Of a DNA stretch of 64,000 bases, positions 28,663-38,651 are shown piece by piece; the stretch's first letter is position 1, and every line of letters starts with the position of its first letter. Source of the DNA: Candidatus Bipolaricaulota bacterium (GTDB lineage: Bacteria; Bipolaricaulota; Bipolaricaulia; RBG-16-55-9; DRXL01); the NCBI GenBank assembly GCA_025061735.1, contig JANXAU010000037.1, positions 816-64,815 on the forward strand, in the 5' to 3' direction. A model generated the notes under the pieces. The model saw only the letters and a program-made list of their open reading frames with translations. It was not told the DNA's origin and searched no databases. The position numbers and the translations under genes are program-made.

Positions 28663-29671
28663 GGGCCTGCGGCGCGTCTATGTGGGCAGCCGCTACGGCC
28701 TAGAAAGAGAGATCGTTCCGCGCTCGTATGCCAACTCGATGAGCGTCTATCTGCTGCCGGTGAGGCCCTTGACCCGCCCCGGTCAGCGCCCTCTGTGGGG
28801 GGTCTGGGCGCTCTGGGCGCTGCTCTTGCTGCCCGTAGCGCTGCTACACGCGCTCTGGGTGCTTCTTCGGACGCGCCCCTCCGTGATCGTGGGCACCGGC
28901 GGTTACGCGGCCTTTCCCCCACTCGTCTGGGGAATCTTCCTGAGAATCCCAACGCTCATCCATGAGCAGAATCTCTCTCCCGGCTTGGTCAATAGACTGC
29001 TCGCGCCGTGGGTCTCTACGGTGTGCGTTACGTATCCTGAATCGGCTTGGCATCTGCGGGCGCGCCGGCTCGTCGTCACGGGGCTGCCCATCCGCCCGCA
29101 GATTCTCTCGGCGCGCCCCGACCAGAGGCGCTTTCGGCTCTATCCAGATCGCAAGACCGTTTTGGTCTTCGGCGGCAGCCGGGGGTCGCCTCTGCTCACC
29201 CAGGCGGCTCTAGCGCTCCGAGAAAGCTTAAGAGATCTGCAATTTCTGATCGTTACAGGGGATGGCCATTCGCCCCGGTTCTTGAATGGCCAAGGGGCCT
29301 ATACGGTGCTGGTGCCCTATATTGCCGAGATGGGCAGCGCGCTCGCGACCGCCGACGTCGTCGTCGCCCGCGCGGGCGCTTCGACGCTCTCCGAGCTAGA
29401 GGCCCTGCGCAAGCCCGCGGTCATCGTCCCGTGGGCGGGTGCCGCCAACGACCATCAAAGAACCAACGCCCAACGCCTGCGCGCTGCGGCCCCGTGGTGC
29501 TCGGTGCTTCTCGAACGCGAATTAACCTCCCAGCGCTTGGCTCAAGAGATCCGAGCGCTCCTAGAACGTCCATCCCCCACACAGCCAGAGGGCCAAAGAG
29601 AGAACAACGCTTTGCGGTCTATGGTACGCGAGATCGAGGTGCTGCTCTATGAACAGACAGAAAAAGCCTAA
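28583..29671 (+). CDS. murG: Undecaprenyl-PP-MurNAc-pentapeptide GlcNAc transferase
   Basis: GGGTGGHLYPA, GTGGYAA, HEQN, FGGSRG, RAGASTLSE. Confidence 0.92.
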   Translation: MKTVLVCGGGTGGHLYPALAILEGLSEGLRRVYVGSRYGLEREIVPRSYANSMSVYLLPVRPLTRPGQRPLWGVWALWALLLLPVALLHALWVLLRTRPSVIVGTGGYAAFPPLVWGIFLRIPTLIHEQNLSPGLVNRLLAPWVSTVCVTYPESAWHLRARRLVVTGLPIRPQILSARPDQRRFRLYPDRKTVLVFGGSRGSPLLTQAALALRESLRDLQFLIVTGDGHSPRFLNGQGAYTVLVPYIAEMGSALATADVVVARAGASTLSELEALRKPAVIVPWAGAANDHQRTNAQRLRAAAPWCSVLLERELTSQRLAQEIRALLERPSPTQPEGQRENNALRSMVREIEVLLYEQTEKA

Positions 29672-31040
29672 GACGGCTCTGCACTTTGTTGGGATCGGCG
29701 GCGACGGCATGAGTGCCTTAGCAAAAGTCTGCCACGAGATGGGATTCGCTGTCAGCGGCTCCAATATTTGCGAGAACCAGCGAACGCGCGAGCTGCGCGC
29801 CCTGGGCCTCCCCATCGCTCTAGGGCATGACGCTTCTCATCTTCAAGATGCCGACGCGGTCGTCTTCTCCTCGGCCATTCCTACCGACAACGTCGAGCTG
29901 CGCGCCGCGCGCCGTCGTGGGTTGCCCATCGTCCATCGCCTAGAACTTCTGCGGACGCTGATGAGCGACCGATACAGCATCGGCGTCACGGGGACCCACG
30001 GCAAGACGACCACCGCTGCGATGATCGCTACGCTCTTGATGCGCGCCCAGCTCGACCCGACATTTATCGTGGGAGCCGCTTCGCCGACGCTGGGCACTCA
30101 CGCCCGCTTCGGTCGCGGACGGCACCTGGTCGCCGAAGTCTGCGAGAGCGATGGGTATTTCTTGCAGCTCCATCCTCAGATCGCCGTCGTCACCAGCATC
30201 GGGCGGGATCATCTCTCCACCTACGGCAGCGAGCACGCCCTGCGCCAGAGCTTTCGGCAGTTCGTCCAGCAGAGCGAACGCGCCGTCGTCTGTGCCGACG
30301 ATCCGGGCATCCAAGAAGCGATTCTCCAAGAGTCTCACGCGGCGCTCACGTACCGCATCGAGCGCCCGGCCGATCTGGTGGCCTACGACCTGGAGCTTGA
30401 GGGAGAACAGACGCGCTTTGCGATCGCGTGGCGGGGGCGCCCGGTAGGGGCCATCGAGCTGAACGTTCCAGGAAAGCACAATATCTATAACGCGCTGGCC
30501 GCGCTGAGCGTAGGACGCTTGCTGGGACTAACGTTTCAACAGATGGCGGCCTACCTGCGCGAGTTTCAACTGCCCGAACGGCGCTTTGAATTTCTCTTGC
30601 GCTCGCCTATGGTGCTGATAGACGACTACGCCCACTTGCCTGAACAGATCCAGACCAATCTGGAGACGATTCGCACGGCGTGGCGGCCCGCGCGCGTGAT
30701 CGCGCTCTTCCAGCCCCATCGCTACAGCCGCTTAAGCTATCTCGGCGAGGAATTCGGACGGGCGTTTGCGCTGGCCGATGAAGTCATCGTGACCGATATT
30801 TACGCCGCCTTTGAGTCACCGATAGAGGACGTGAATATCGGGCGTCTTCTAGAGGCTTTGCGGCGTCATCACGCGCGGGTGCGCTATCTCTCCCCTGGAG
30901 AAGACCTGAGCCGATGCTTGCAGGAGAGCTGTCGGCCGGGGGACTGGGTGATCGCGTTCAACGCGGGCGATCTGAGCCACCGGCTGCGCCAAGCCGCTAT
31001 GTCGTTTGGGAAGGGGGTGAGCGACGATGGCATCTTCTGA
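29649..31040 (+). CDS. murC: UDP-MurNAc:L-Ala ligase
   Basis: HFVGIGGDGMS, GTHGKTTT, ESDG, PGKHNIYNA, DDYAH, FQPHRYSR. Confidence 0.92.
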   Translation: MNRQKKPKTALHFVGIGGDGMSALAKVCHEMGFAVSGSNICENQRTRELRALGLPIALGHDASHLQDADAVVFSSAIPTDNVELRAARRRGLPIVHRLELLRTLMSDRYSIGVTGTHGKTTTAAMIATLLMRAQLDPTFIVGAASPTLGTHARFGRGRHLVAEVCESDGYFLQLHPQIAVVTSIGRDHLSTYGSEHALRQSFRQFVQQSERAVVCADDPGIQEAILQESHAALTYRIERPADLVAYDLELEGEQTRFAIAWRGRPVGAIELNVPGKHNIYNALAALSVGRLLGLTFQQMAAYLREFQLPERRFEFLLRSPMVLIDDYAHLPEQIQTNLETIRTAWRPARVIALFQPHRYSRLSYLGEEFGRAFALADEVIVTDIYAAFESPIEDVNIGRLLEALRRHHARVRYLSPGEDLSRCLQESCRPGDWVIAFNAGDLSHRLRQAAMSFGKGVSDDGIF

Positions 31041-31926
31041 GCGGTTGCGCGCTCGGCTCCAGGAGCGCCTCCACGGGAAAGTCAAGCTAGGCGAGCCGCT
31101 CTCCCGGCACACGTCGTTGCGTATCGGGGGCCAGGCGGATTATTTTGTCTTACCGCGCTCGGTAGAAGATATCTGCGAGACGATCTCGTTTGCCCAGGAG
31201 CACGGGCTTGCGTGGAGGGTCATTGGAAACGGCACCAACATTCTCTTCCCCGATGAGGGCGTGCGCGGGATTGTCATCAAGCTGGGGCCAGACTTTGGGC
31301 GGATCGAGATCAAAGAGAATAGGATGAAGGCCGAAGCTGGGGCGAGCTTGGCGGGGGTCATCTCGGCGGTGCGCGCGCAAGGATCACGCGAGCTGGATTT
31401 TCTTGTGGGCATTCCGGCCAGCGTCGGCGGCGCTCTCGTGATGAACGCGGGAATCCCTGAATGCTCGATCTCCGAGGTCGTCGCCCGGGTGCGGGCATTG
31501 ACTTTTGACGGGAAATTGATTACCCTAGAGAGAGACGATTGCCGGTTCGGCTATCGTCGGAGCCGGTTTCAAGAGGAGAAGCTCATCGTGATTGAGGGGG
31601 AATTTCGCATAGGAAGCGGGAGATCGTGGGATGGGGCGGCGCTGTTAGCGCGGCGGCGCGAGCGCCAGCCCCTGGGGGTGCCCAGCCCCGGGTGCGTCTT
31701 TAAGAACCCCCCCGCAGCTCCCCCAGCCGGCCAACTCATCGACCAAGCGGGGCTGAAGGGGTATCGCGTGGGGGGAGCGGTAATCTCCGCAAAGCATGCG
31801 AACTTTATCATCAACGAGGGGGGGGCGACCAGCCGCGACGTCCTCCAACTAATTGACATCGCCCGGTCTTATGTGCTTAAATATTTTGGTGTCGAGTTGC
31901 AGTTAGAGTTGGCCGTCGTGGCGTGA
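31027..31926 (+). CDS. murB: UDP-N-acetylenolpyruvoylglucosamine reductase
   Basis: HTSLRIGG, GNGTNILF, GIPASVGGALVMNAG, FGYRRS, GCVFKNP, HANFIIN. Confidence 0.93.
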   Translation: MASSERLRARLQERLHGKVKLGEPLSRHTSLRIGGQADYFVLPRSVEDICETISFAQEHGLAWRVIGNGTNILFPDEGVRGIVIKLGPDFGRIEIKENRMKAEAGASLAGVISAVRAQGSRELDFLVGIPASVGGALVMNAGIPECSISEVVARVRALTFDGKLITLERDDCRFGYRRSRFQEEKLIVIEGEFRIGSGRSWDGAALLARRRERQPLGVPSPGCVFKNPPAAPPAGQLIDQAGLKGYRVGGAVISAKHANFIINEGGATSRDVLQLIDIARSYVLKYFGVELQLELAVVA

Positions 31927-31932
31927 GGTGCG

Positions 31933-32613
31933 GTGCGACGGTGGATACTCGTACTGGCGCTGGTAGGGATCTTCTTCCTACCGTGGCGCGAGTACATAGC
32001 AATACGAGAGATTGTCGTTGAGGGTGGTGAGAGGATACAAACCGATAGAGTCTTACAGAGGCTCCCTTTTCAGAGAGGGGCCCCATGGTGGACCGCGGAC
32101 CTGGCGGCCGCTGAGCGCTTGTTGTTGGAGTGGCCCGAGGTGAAAGCGGTGCGCGTGCAGCGAGTCTGGTGGGGGGGTATCCGGGTTCTCCTCCAGGAGC
32201 GTGAGCCATGGGCCATGGTGCGCTTGCCCGATGGGACGCTCCACTGGAGCGATGATGAAGGATTTCTCTTTGCGCGCGCGCCAGCCATGCTCTTTGGTCC
32301 GGTCTTCTCCGGTGTAGAAGCCACTCCCACAGAGCGCGGCTTGCGCCTGGCCGATCCCTTCTATCTGGTTCCCATGCGCGCGATCCTGCAGGCTCCCGGG
32401 CGCTTTCTCCATCGGATCTCCAGCGTGCGCTTTGCGGGGCGCGAAGCGGTTATCTCGCTGCGCGATGGCCCCGAGCTGTGGGTCTCTGTCTATGATCTGT
32501 ATCGGGCTTGGGAGCGCTGGGAAGCGATCATGGCCGCGCTGCCCCACGCGCGCGCGCTCGACTTGCGCTGGTCAGGAATAGCTATCGTGCGTAGTGGGCG
32601 AACGAACGAGTAA
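31933..32613 (+). CDS. ftsQ: Cell division protein FtsQ/DivIB
   Basis: N-terminal TM, POTRA (IVVEG...VKAVRVQR...VLLQEREP), C-terminal LDLR; sits between murB and ftsA. Confidence 0.8.
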   Translation: MRRWILVLALVGIFFLPWREYIAIREIVVEGGERIQTDRVLQRLPFQRGAPWWTADLAAAERLLLEWPEVKAVRVQRVWWGGIRVLLQEREPWAMVRLPDGTLHWSDDEGFLFARAPAMLFGPVFSGVEATPTERGLRLADPFYLVPMRAILQAPGRFLHRISSVRFAGREAVISLRDGPELWVSVYDLYRAWERWEAIMAALPHARALDLRWSGIAIVRSGRTNE

Positions 32614-32615
32614 GG

Positions 32616-33896
32616 GTGGTGATGGGAATGGGGGAGATTGTTGTTGGATTGGACATTGGCACGACCAAGGTCGTGGCGTTGGTCTGTAACGTCGAAGACG
32701 GAAATATCGAGATCATCGGGATGGGCAAGGCCCCCTCGCGCGGCCTAGAGAAGGGTGTGGTCGTAGACATCGGCGAGACGACGGCTAGCATCAAGCGGGC
32801 CATCGAGGAGGCCGAGAACATGGCCGATGTCAAGATCGAGCGCGTCTTCGCCGGCATCGCCGGACGGCATATCAATAGCATCAACAACTCCGGGACCGTC
32901 TCGATCTCGCGCGATAGTCGCATCATCACCCTCGAAGACGTTCAGCGCGTCATTGACAACGCCCAAGCGATCCAGATCAGCCCAGACAGCCAGCTCATTC
33001 ACGTCATTCCTAGACAGTATATCGTGGACGGCCAAGAGGGGATCACCGATCCGGTAGGGATGACCGGCACGCGCCTTGAGGTGGACGTGCACATCGTTAC
33101 CGGGTCTATTACGGCCGTTCATAATATCATTCGCTGCGTCAACAACGTAGGCATCGAAGTCGAGCAGATCGTCCTGCAGCCTTTAGCCAGTAGTTACGCC
33201 GTGCTCAATGAGGCCGAAAAAGAGCTGGGCGTGGCGCTGATGGACATCGGCGGCGGCACCACCGATATTGCGATCTTCCGCGACGGCGATATCTGGTTCA
33301 GCAAGATCCTGCCCATCGCGGGGGAGCACATCACCAACGACATCGCCGTGGGCTTGAAAGTCTCGTACGAAGAAGCCGACCGTATTAAGATTCAAGAGGG
33401 CTTGCCCCGCCTGACCGACGAGAGCGCCGAAGAGGAACGCATCGAGATCACCACGCTGGCGGAAGAGAAGAAGCTCATCTCCAAGCGCAAGCTCGCCAAG
33501 ATTATCGAGCCGAGACTTGAAGAGCTGTTCGATCTAGCGATGGGCGAGATCGAAGATGTAGGCTATCGGGATCTCATCCCTGCGGGGATCGTGCTCACGG
33601 GGGGGACGTCGCTGCTGAAGGGGTTGCCGGAGTTCGTCTCGGAGCGCTACGATATCGCGGTGCGGCGGGGGAAGAACCCCACCGGGATTCACGGGTTGCG
33701 CGACATCGTCGAGAGTCCGATCTACTCAACCGTGATCGGTTTGGTGAAGTACTCGGTCGTCTCGAAAGAATATATTCATCGGTTTGGGAAGCAGCGGGGG
33801 GTGCGCCAGTGGGGCGGGACTCGTCTCCGCGGGGATGGCTGGAGGGGCCTCTTTGGCAGGCTGATGCGGTGGCTCAACCGTTTCCTACGAGGATGA
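32616..33896 (+). CDS. ftsA: Cell division protein FtsA
   Basis: VGLDIGTTKV, DIGGGTTDI, IVLTGGTS, C-terminal amphipathic helix; start may be 32622 or 32628. Confidence 0.94.
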   Translation: MVMGMGEIVVGLDIGTTKVVALVCNVEDGNIEIIGMGKAPSRGLEKGVVVDIGETTASIKRAIEEAENMADVKIERVFAGIAGRHINSINNSGTVSISRDSRIITLEDVQRVIDNAQAIQISPDSQLIHVIPRQYIVDGQEGITDPVGMTGTRLEVDVHIVTGSITAVHNIIRCVNNVGIEVEQIVLQPLASSYAVLNEAEKELGVALMDIGGGTTDIAIFRDGDIWFSKILPIAGEHITNDIAVGLKVSYEEADRIKIQEGLPRLTDESAEEERIEITTLAEEKKLISKRKLAKIIEPRLEELFDLAMGEIEDVGYRDLIPAGIVLTGGTSLLKGLPEFVSERYDIAVRRGKNPTGIHGLRDIVESPIYSTVIGLVKYSVVSKEYIHRFGKQRGVRQWGGTRLRGDGWRGLFGRLMRWLNRFLRG

Positions 33897-33922
33897 AGAA
33901 GCCGTCGTCGGCGGGAGGAACT

Positions 33923-35029
33923 ATGAGCCGCAACGGTGTGGCACGGATCAAGGTGATCGGTGTGGGCGGTGGCGGGGGCAACGCCATAGACCGCATGAAG
34001 AAGGCCAAGGTCAAGGACGTCGAGCTGATCGCCGTCAACACCGATGCGCAGGTGCTCTCGATCTTAGAAGCCGACCGAACCGTCCAGATCGGAGTCAAGC
34101 TCACGCAGGGCTTGGGAGCCGGGGGCGATCCCGAGGTGGGGCGCAAGGCCGCCGAGGAATCCGAAGCCGAGTTGATCGAGATGCTCGATGGGGCCGATAT
34201 GGTCTTCATCACCGCGGGAATGGGGGGCGGGACGGGCACAGGGGCTGCTCCCGTGATTGCGCGTCTGGCGCGCGAAGCCCAGATCCTCACCGTGGCGGTG
34301 GTCACCAAGCCCTTCTCGTTTGAGGGGCGGGTGCGGGCCGAGCGCGCCAGGAAGGGGATCGAAGAGCTGCGCCAGTACGTGGACACGCTCATCGCCATCC
34401 CCAACGACCGCTTGCTGAAAGTGGCTCCCCCGGAGATGCCCCTGATCAAAGCCTTCGAGTTGGCCGACGATATCCTGCGCCAGGGGATTCAAGGGATCTC
34501 GGATTTGATCACCGTTCCGGGGATGATCAATCTCGATTTTGCCGACATTAAAGCGACGATGCGCAACGCCGGCACGGCGCTGATGGGGATCGGCGAGGGG
34601 GAGGGGCAGAATCGGATGCGCGACGCGGCGCGCAACGCGATCACCAGCCCGCTTCTAGAAGGCTCCATCGAAGGGGCGCAACGGCTGATCTTGAACATCA
34701 CCGGCGGTCCCGATCTCTCGCTCGAAGAGGTCACCGAAGCCGCTTCTCTCGTGCGCGATACGCTCTCCGAGCAGGCCGAGATCTTCTTTGGCGCGGTCGT
34801 GAAGGAGGGCTGCGAGCGCGTGCGGGTCACCGTGATTGCTACGGGCTTCCAGCAGCACGAAGAGCTAAGCAAAGAAGAGTTGGCCAAGCGCGGGCAGCTC
34901 GAAGAAGACGACGATGAAGAAGAACAGCTGATCGAGCAAGTCGAGCGCAGCCTCCGTCGCGACCGCAGCCGCGCCGACGACTGGGACGTGCCTACCTTCC
35001 TGCGCCGGCGCAAGGACGAAAAGCCGTAA
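33923..35029 (+). CDS. ftsZ: Cell division protein FtsZ
   Basis: IKVIGVGGGGGN, NTDAQ, AGMGGGTGTG, NLDFAD, C-terminal DVPTFLRR; SD GGAGGA before ATG 33923. Confidence 0.97.
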   Translation: MSRNGVARIKVIGVGGGGGNAIDRMKKAKVKDVELIAVNTDAQVLSILEADRTVQIGVKLTQGLGAGGDPEVGRKAAEESEAELIEMLDGADMVFITAGMGGGTGTGAAPVIARLAREAQILTVAVVTKPFSFEGRVRAERARKGIEELRQYVDTLIAIPNDRLLKVAPPEMPLIKAFELADDILRQGIQGISDLITVPGMINLDFADIKATMRNAGTALMGIGEGEGQNRMRDAARNAITSPLLEGSIEGAQRLILNITGGPDLSLEEVTEAASLVRDTLSEQAEIFFGAVVKEGCERVRVTVIATGFQQHEELSKEELAKRGQLEEDDDEEEQLIEQVERSLRRDRSRADDWDVPTFLRRRKDEKP

Positions 35030-35053
35030 GAGATTCTCGCTTCTCTCCCCCTT

Positions 35054-35072
35054 CTCCCCCTTTCAGGGGGAG
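35054..35072. repeat. GC hairpin with a TTTCA loop downstream of ftsZ (related to the 48.5 and 50.1 kb hairpins)
   Basis: CTCCCCC-TTTCA-GGGGGAG. Confidence 0.45.
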
Positions 35073-35112
35073 CGTTTGCATCTTCGCGCGCGTCTGTTAG
35101 ACTTACAGCGCC

Positions 35113-38100
35113 ATGCTGCTTGTGGATCGCTATCTGCTCCGAGAGATGGTCTTCCCGTTCTTTTTGGCGGTGGCGGGCTTTGTGCTCTTTGTCTTTTTGA
35201 ATCTCTTTCAGCAGCTTTCGGACTTCATGCTCGACCGCGATCTCTCGTTTTGGGTCTTGGTGCAGATCTTGCTCTATCGGCTGCCGGAGCTGTTGGTCTA
35301 TGGGTTGCCCGTCGGGGTGCTCTTTGCGATCTTCTGGGCGTTGGGGCGCCTAAGCCACGATCGCGAGCTGATCGCGCTCCAAGCCGCGGGCTACTCGCTC
35401 AGAAGACTGATGTGGCCGGTCTTCTTGATGGGCGCGCTCACCGCGCTGATCGCGTTTGGCGTGGGCGACTTCGTCGTGCCCTGGGCGAACCATCAGCACT
35501 TCAATCTCTTGCGCCAGATCTTCTTGATACGCTCCGCGCCGCAGATCCGCGAAGACACGTTCTTCAAGTTGACCGAGTCGGCCTCGGCTTATGTCCAGCG
35601 CTACGATCCCCAGACCCAGACGCTCAAGACGATCTTGATCTTCGACCAACGCGGCGAACACGAGCTGGCCGAGCTGGGCGGCAAGTTCCCCAAGATCATC
35701 GCAGCCGACGAAGGCTTTTGGGATGGGGACTATTGGCGGCTGAGACGCGGGCAGGTCCATAAACTGAACGACGATGGGACGTTTGCGTACTCCGTCACGT
35801 TTGAGCAGCTCTCGCTCTACGCCGGCCCTTATCTGCAAAAGCTCTTTTTAGAGCAGCGCACGCCGCACGAGATGAGCCTCTCTGAGATTGGCGAGCAGAT
35901 CGCGCTGCTGCGCAAGAATGGGCTAGAGGCGCAGAGCTTGATCGTCGAGTATCACACTAAAATTGCTGTGCCCCTCTCGGCGATGATCTTCGCGCTCTTT
36001 GGTGCGCCGTTGAGCCTGATCTTTGCGCAAGGGGGCGCGCCACGGGGGCGCGCCGCGGGCGTGATCCTCAGCGTCGTGCTCGTCGCGTGCTATCAGGGGC
36101 TCTTGCTGTGGACGTCTACGCTGGGCAAGCGCGATCTGCTCCTGCCCAGCCTCGCCCCGTGGATCCCCAATCTGCTCTTTGGGCTGCTCGGTGCTCTGTT
36201 GCTCTTGGTCGTAGACAGATGGAGCCGACTTGATCTGTGGGCGCGCTGGCGCGGTTGGCTGCGCTTGGGCGTAGCGATAGCCGCGATCGCTTCTGCAGAG
36301 ACAACGGCACTGGCCGTTCAAAGTACAAATTCTCAAGCTCTCTTGCTGGATTTGCGCGCCGACCGGTTGACCGTCGCGCGCGATTGGAACACCGTGATCG
36401 CCGAAGGACGAGTGCGTTTTGCCTACAACGACGGGCATCTGAGCGCGGGACAGTTACAGGCCGAGCGCCGATGTCGCAACGACGAAGCCTGCTCCGGCCC
36501 TCAATCTCCGGCGCTCTGGCGCTTGGTCGCCTCGGGCAACGTCCGCTGGCAGAGCGACGAGCTCGACCTCCAGAGCGCGCGTATGGAATTGGAGATCGAG
36601 TGGGACGGGCAGCGCTGGGTTCCCCAGACGGCTCGGCTGCACGACGCGACGCTCTCCTACGAGCGAGGGCGCCTGCAAGCGCGGGAGATTCGGGCGCAAA
36701 TCGCCGAAGATCGTTGGCGGGTCGTGGCCCAAGGCGCGGTGCGATTACACCAAGAAGACGAGCTGAAGGTGGCGCACGTGGGGGAGCTTTCGTTTGATCT
36801 GGAGCGGCGCAGAGCTTCTGAGGACGCGCCATCGAGATGGCAGATCCAACGCGCCCATCTGCGGGAGTTTTCGGGAGAGACGCGCTTTCAGAGCGCCGCC
36901 AAAAGAGAAGAGACGCTGCGCTTTGTGGGGGAGAGAGCCGAAGCGGTCTTCGGGCAAGAGGGCCGCTTGGCGCGCTTGGAGATCACCAACGGAGAGATCA
37001 CGACGTGTGCGTGCGGCGAGCCGGTCGCTCGTGCGGCCTACTCGATCCGCGCGGCGTATCTGCGCCTAGAGAGAGACGAATCTGTCTGGGCCACCAACAT
37101 CTGGCTCAAAGCCTTCGGCGTGCCCGTCTTCTGGGCGCCTGTCTATTACTCTTCTCTCAAAGAAGAGTCAAGAAACCCGCTCCTGCCCGACTTTGGCCAA
37201 TCGCCAGAGCGAGGCTGGTACCTGCGCTGGCGCTTCCCGTTTGTGATAGACCCTCAGAACACAGGGGCGCTTCTGGTAGATTACTACACCAAGCTTCCCG
37301 AAGTTGGCACGGGGATCGAGTACAATTATCGGCTCTCGATTCTTGGCGCAGAGCAGCGCGGGCAGATGACGCTCTATCGGTTGGTCGGTCGGGGGGAGTC
37401 GTGGGCCACGGATTGGGCGCATCAAGGGGAACTCTTCTTGGGGATGCGCCTGAGCGCGGCTATCGCTACCCGCACGGGGTTATTGCAGCAAGAGCTAGAA
37501 CGTCTCTTCACGCGGCTGTCGCTGGGGGCGACGTGGGGGTCGTGGCGCTGGAATCTGCACTGGAGCCGCGATCAATATCTTCAGATCCCTCAAGACTCAG
37601 ACAGTGAAGTCTTATATCGCTTTCTGGAGCGTACTCCAGAGTTCTCTTTGAGCGTGGTGCCGTTGCGCTTGGGGAGGCTGCCGGCGTCGCTGATGCTGAG
37701 CGTCATGTGGGGCAGCTATCGCGAGAAGAAGCTCGACAAAGACGAGATAGACGCCAGCGCGCGCTGGGAGTTCTCCGTCGGATTGCAATCGCTCGCTCTG
37801 GGGTCCCCATTGCTGACCGTGCAGGCCGGCGCTTATTATCGCTTCTGGCTCTACCAGCCGAAAGAGTATCGCCGCGAGGCGTATGATCTCACCGTCACGG
37901 TGCTCTCCCGCCCTTGGCCCTTCTTCAGTGCCGATGCCAATTACACCTATCGCTTGGTCTTTGGCCAAAGCCCGTTCAGCTTTGATCAGATTCACGTGCA
38001 AAATCATATAGCCCTGCGGGCCACTCTCCACACGTTCGGGCGTCCTCATGTGAGCACCGGATACGATCTCTCCAAGAGGCTCTTCGATCTGTTACGCATC

Positions 38101-38595
38101 GCGCTGAGCGAGAGATTGATCATTGGAGAGCTGAGCCTGACGCTAGAGTACGATCTCAATCAGCACCGTTGGCAGCGGCTAGGGGGGCAACTGTCGGGGG
38201 CCGTAGGAGATCATTTGCCCTTGCAGTATCAGGTCTCGACGGCTTATCTGGTCTCGCAGCGCTCCTTTGAAGATTTGATCTTCAAGCTCAGTTGGAGGGA
38301 GCATCGTCTGAGCGGGAGCGTGGACGTGAACAGACTCAGCTTGAAGCGTCTCAATGCGGAGACGAGCTGGGCGTGGGGGGACTGGGAGTTCTCATTAAAG
38401 GGCGAGTATGATCTGTGGAGTCGGCGCTTTACGGCCCTGCAAGTCGGCGTGATCAAAAAATTTTGCAAGGCGTGTTGGCAGATGGGGCTGTATGGGGACG
38501 GGCAACGCTGGTGGGTGCAGGCGCAGATCAACGCGTTCCCCACCGCTCAAGTGCGCTACTCCCCCACCGATCAGCGCCTGTCGTTTGGGCGCTGA
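35113..38595 (+). CDS. LptF/LptG permease fused to OstA/LptA-like repeats and an LptD-like beta-barrel (1160 aa)
   Basis: N-terminal ~370 aa match LptF/G (DRYLLRE, RLSHDRELIALQAAGYS, WIPNLLFG); then jellyroll-like ADRL...IAEGRV repeats, LptD-like ITTC...YSIRA...VPVFWAP and PDFG...RGWYL, then an alternating beta-strand region; no stop codon in between. Confidence 0.8.
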   Translation: MLLVDRYLLREMVFPFFLAVAGFVLFVFLNLFQQLSDFMLDRDLSFWVLVQILLYRLPELLVYGLPVGVLFAIFWALGRLSHDRELIALQAAGYSLRRLMWPVFLMGALTALIAFGVGDFVVPWANHQHFNLLRQIFLIRSAPQIREDTFFKLTESASAYVQRYDPQTQTLKTILIFDQRGEHELAELGGKFPKIIAADEGFWDGDYWRLRRGQVHKLNDDGTFAYSVTFEQLSLYAGPYLQKLFLEQRTPHEMSLSEIGEQIALLRKNGLEAQSLIVEYHTKIAVPLSAMIFALFGAPLSLIFAQGGAPRGRAAGVILSVVLVACYQGLLLWTSTLGKRDLLLPSLAPWIPNLLFGLLGALLLLVVDRWSRLDLWARWRGWLRLGVAIAAIASAETTALAVQSTNSQALLLDLRADRLTVARDWNTVIAEGRVRFAYNDGHLSAGQLQAERRCRNDEACSGPQSPALWRLVASGNVRWQSDELDLQSARMELEIEWDGQRWVPQTARLHDATLSYERGRLQAREIRAQIAEDRWRVVAQGAVRLHQEDELKVAHVGELSFDLERRRASEDAPSRWQIQRAHLREFSGETRFQSAAKREETLRFVGERAEAVFGQEGRLARLEITNGEITTCACGEPVARAAYSIRAAYLRLERDESVWATNIWLKAFGVPVFWAPVYYSSLKEESRNPLLPDFGQSPERGWYLRWRFPFVIDPQNTGALLVDYYTKLPEVGTGIEYNYRLSILGAEQRGQMTLYRLVGRGESWATDWAHQGELFLGMRLSAAIATRTGLLQQELERLFTRLSLGATWGSWRWNLHWSRDQYLQIPQDSDSEVLYRFLERTPEFSLSVVPLRLGRLPASLMLSVMWGSYREKKLDKDEIDASARWEFSVGLQSLALGSPLLTVQAGAYYRFWLYQPKEYRREAYDLTVTVLSRPWPFFSADANYTYRLVFGQSPFSFDQIHVQNHIALRATLHTFGRPHVSTGYDLSKRLFDLLRIALSERLIIGELSLTLEYDLNQHRWQRLGGQLSGAVGDHLPLQYQVSTAYLVSQRSFEDLIFKLSWREHRLSGSVDVNRLSLKRLNAETSWAWGDWEFSLKGEYDLWSRRFTALQVGVIKKFCKACWQMGLYGDGQRWWVQAQINAFPTAQVRYSPTDQRLSFGR

Positions 38596-38651
38596 TTGTC
38601 CGGGTGTGGCTCTCTTCTGTATACTAGGGGGAACTCTGACGTAAAGATCGG

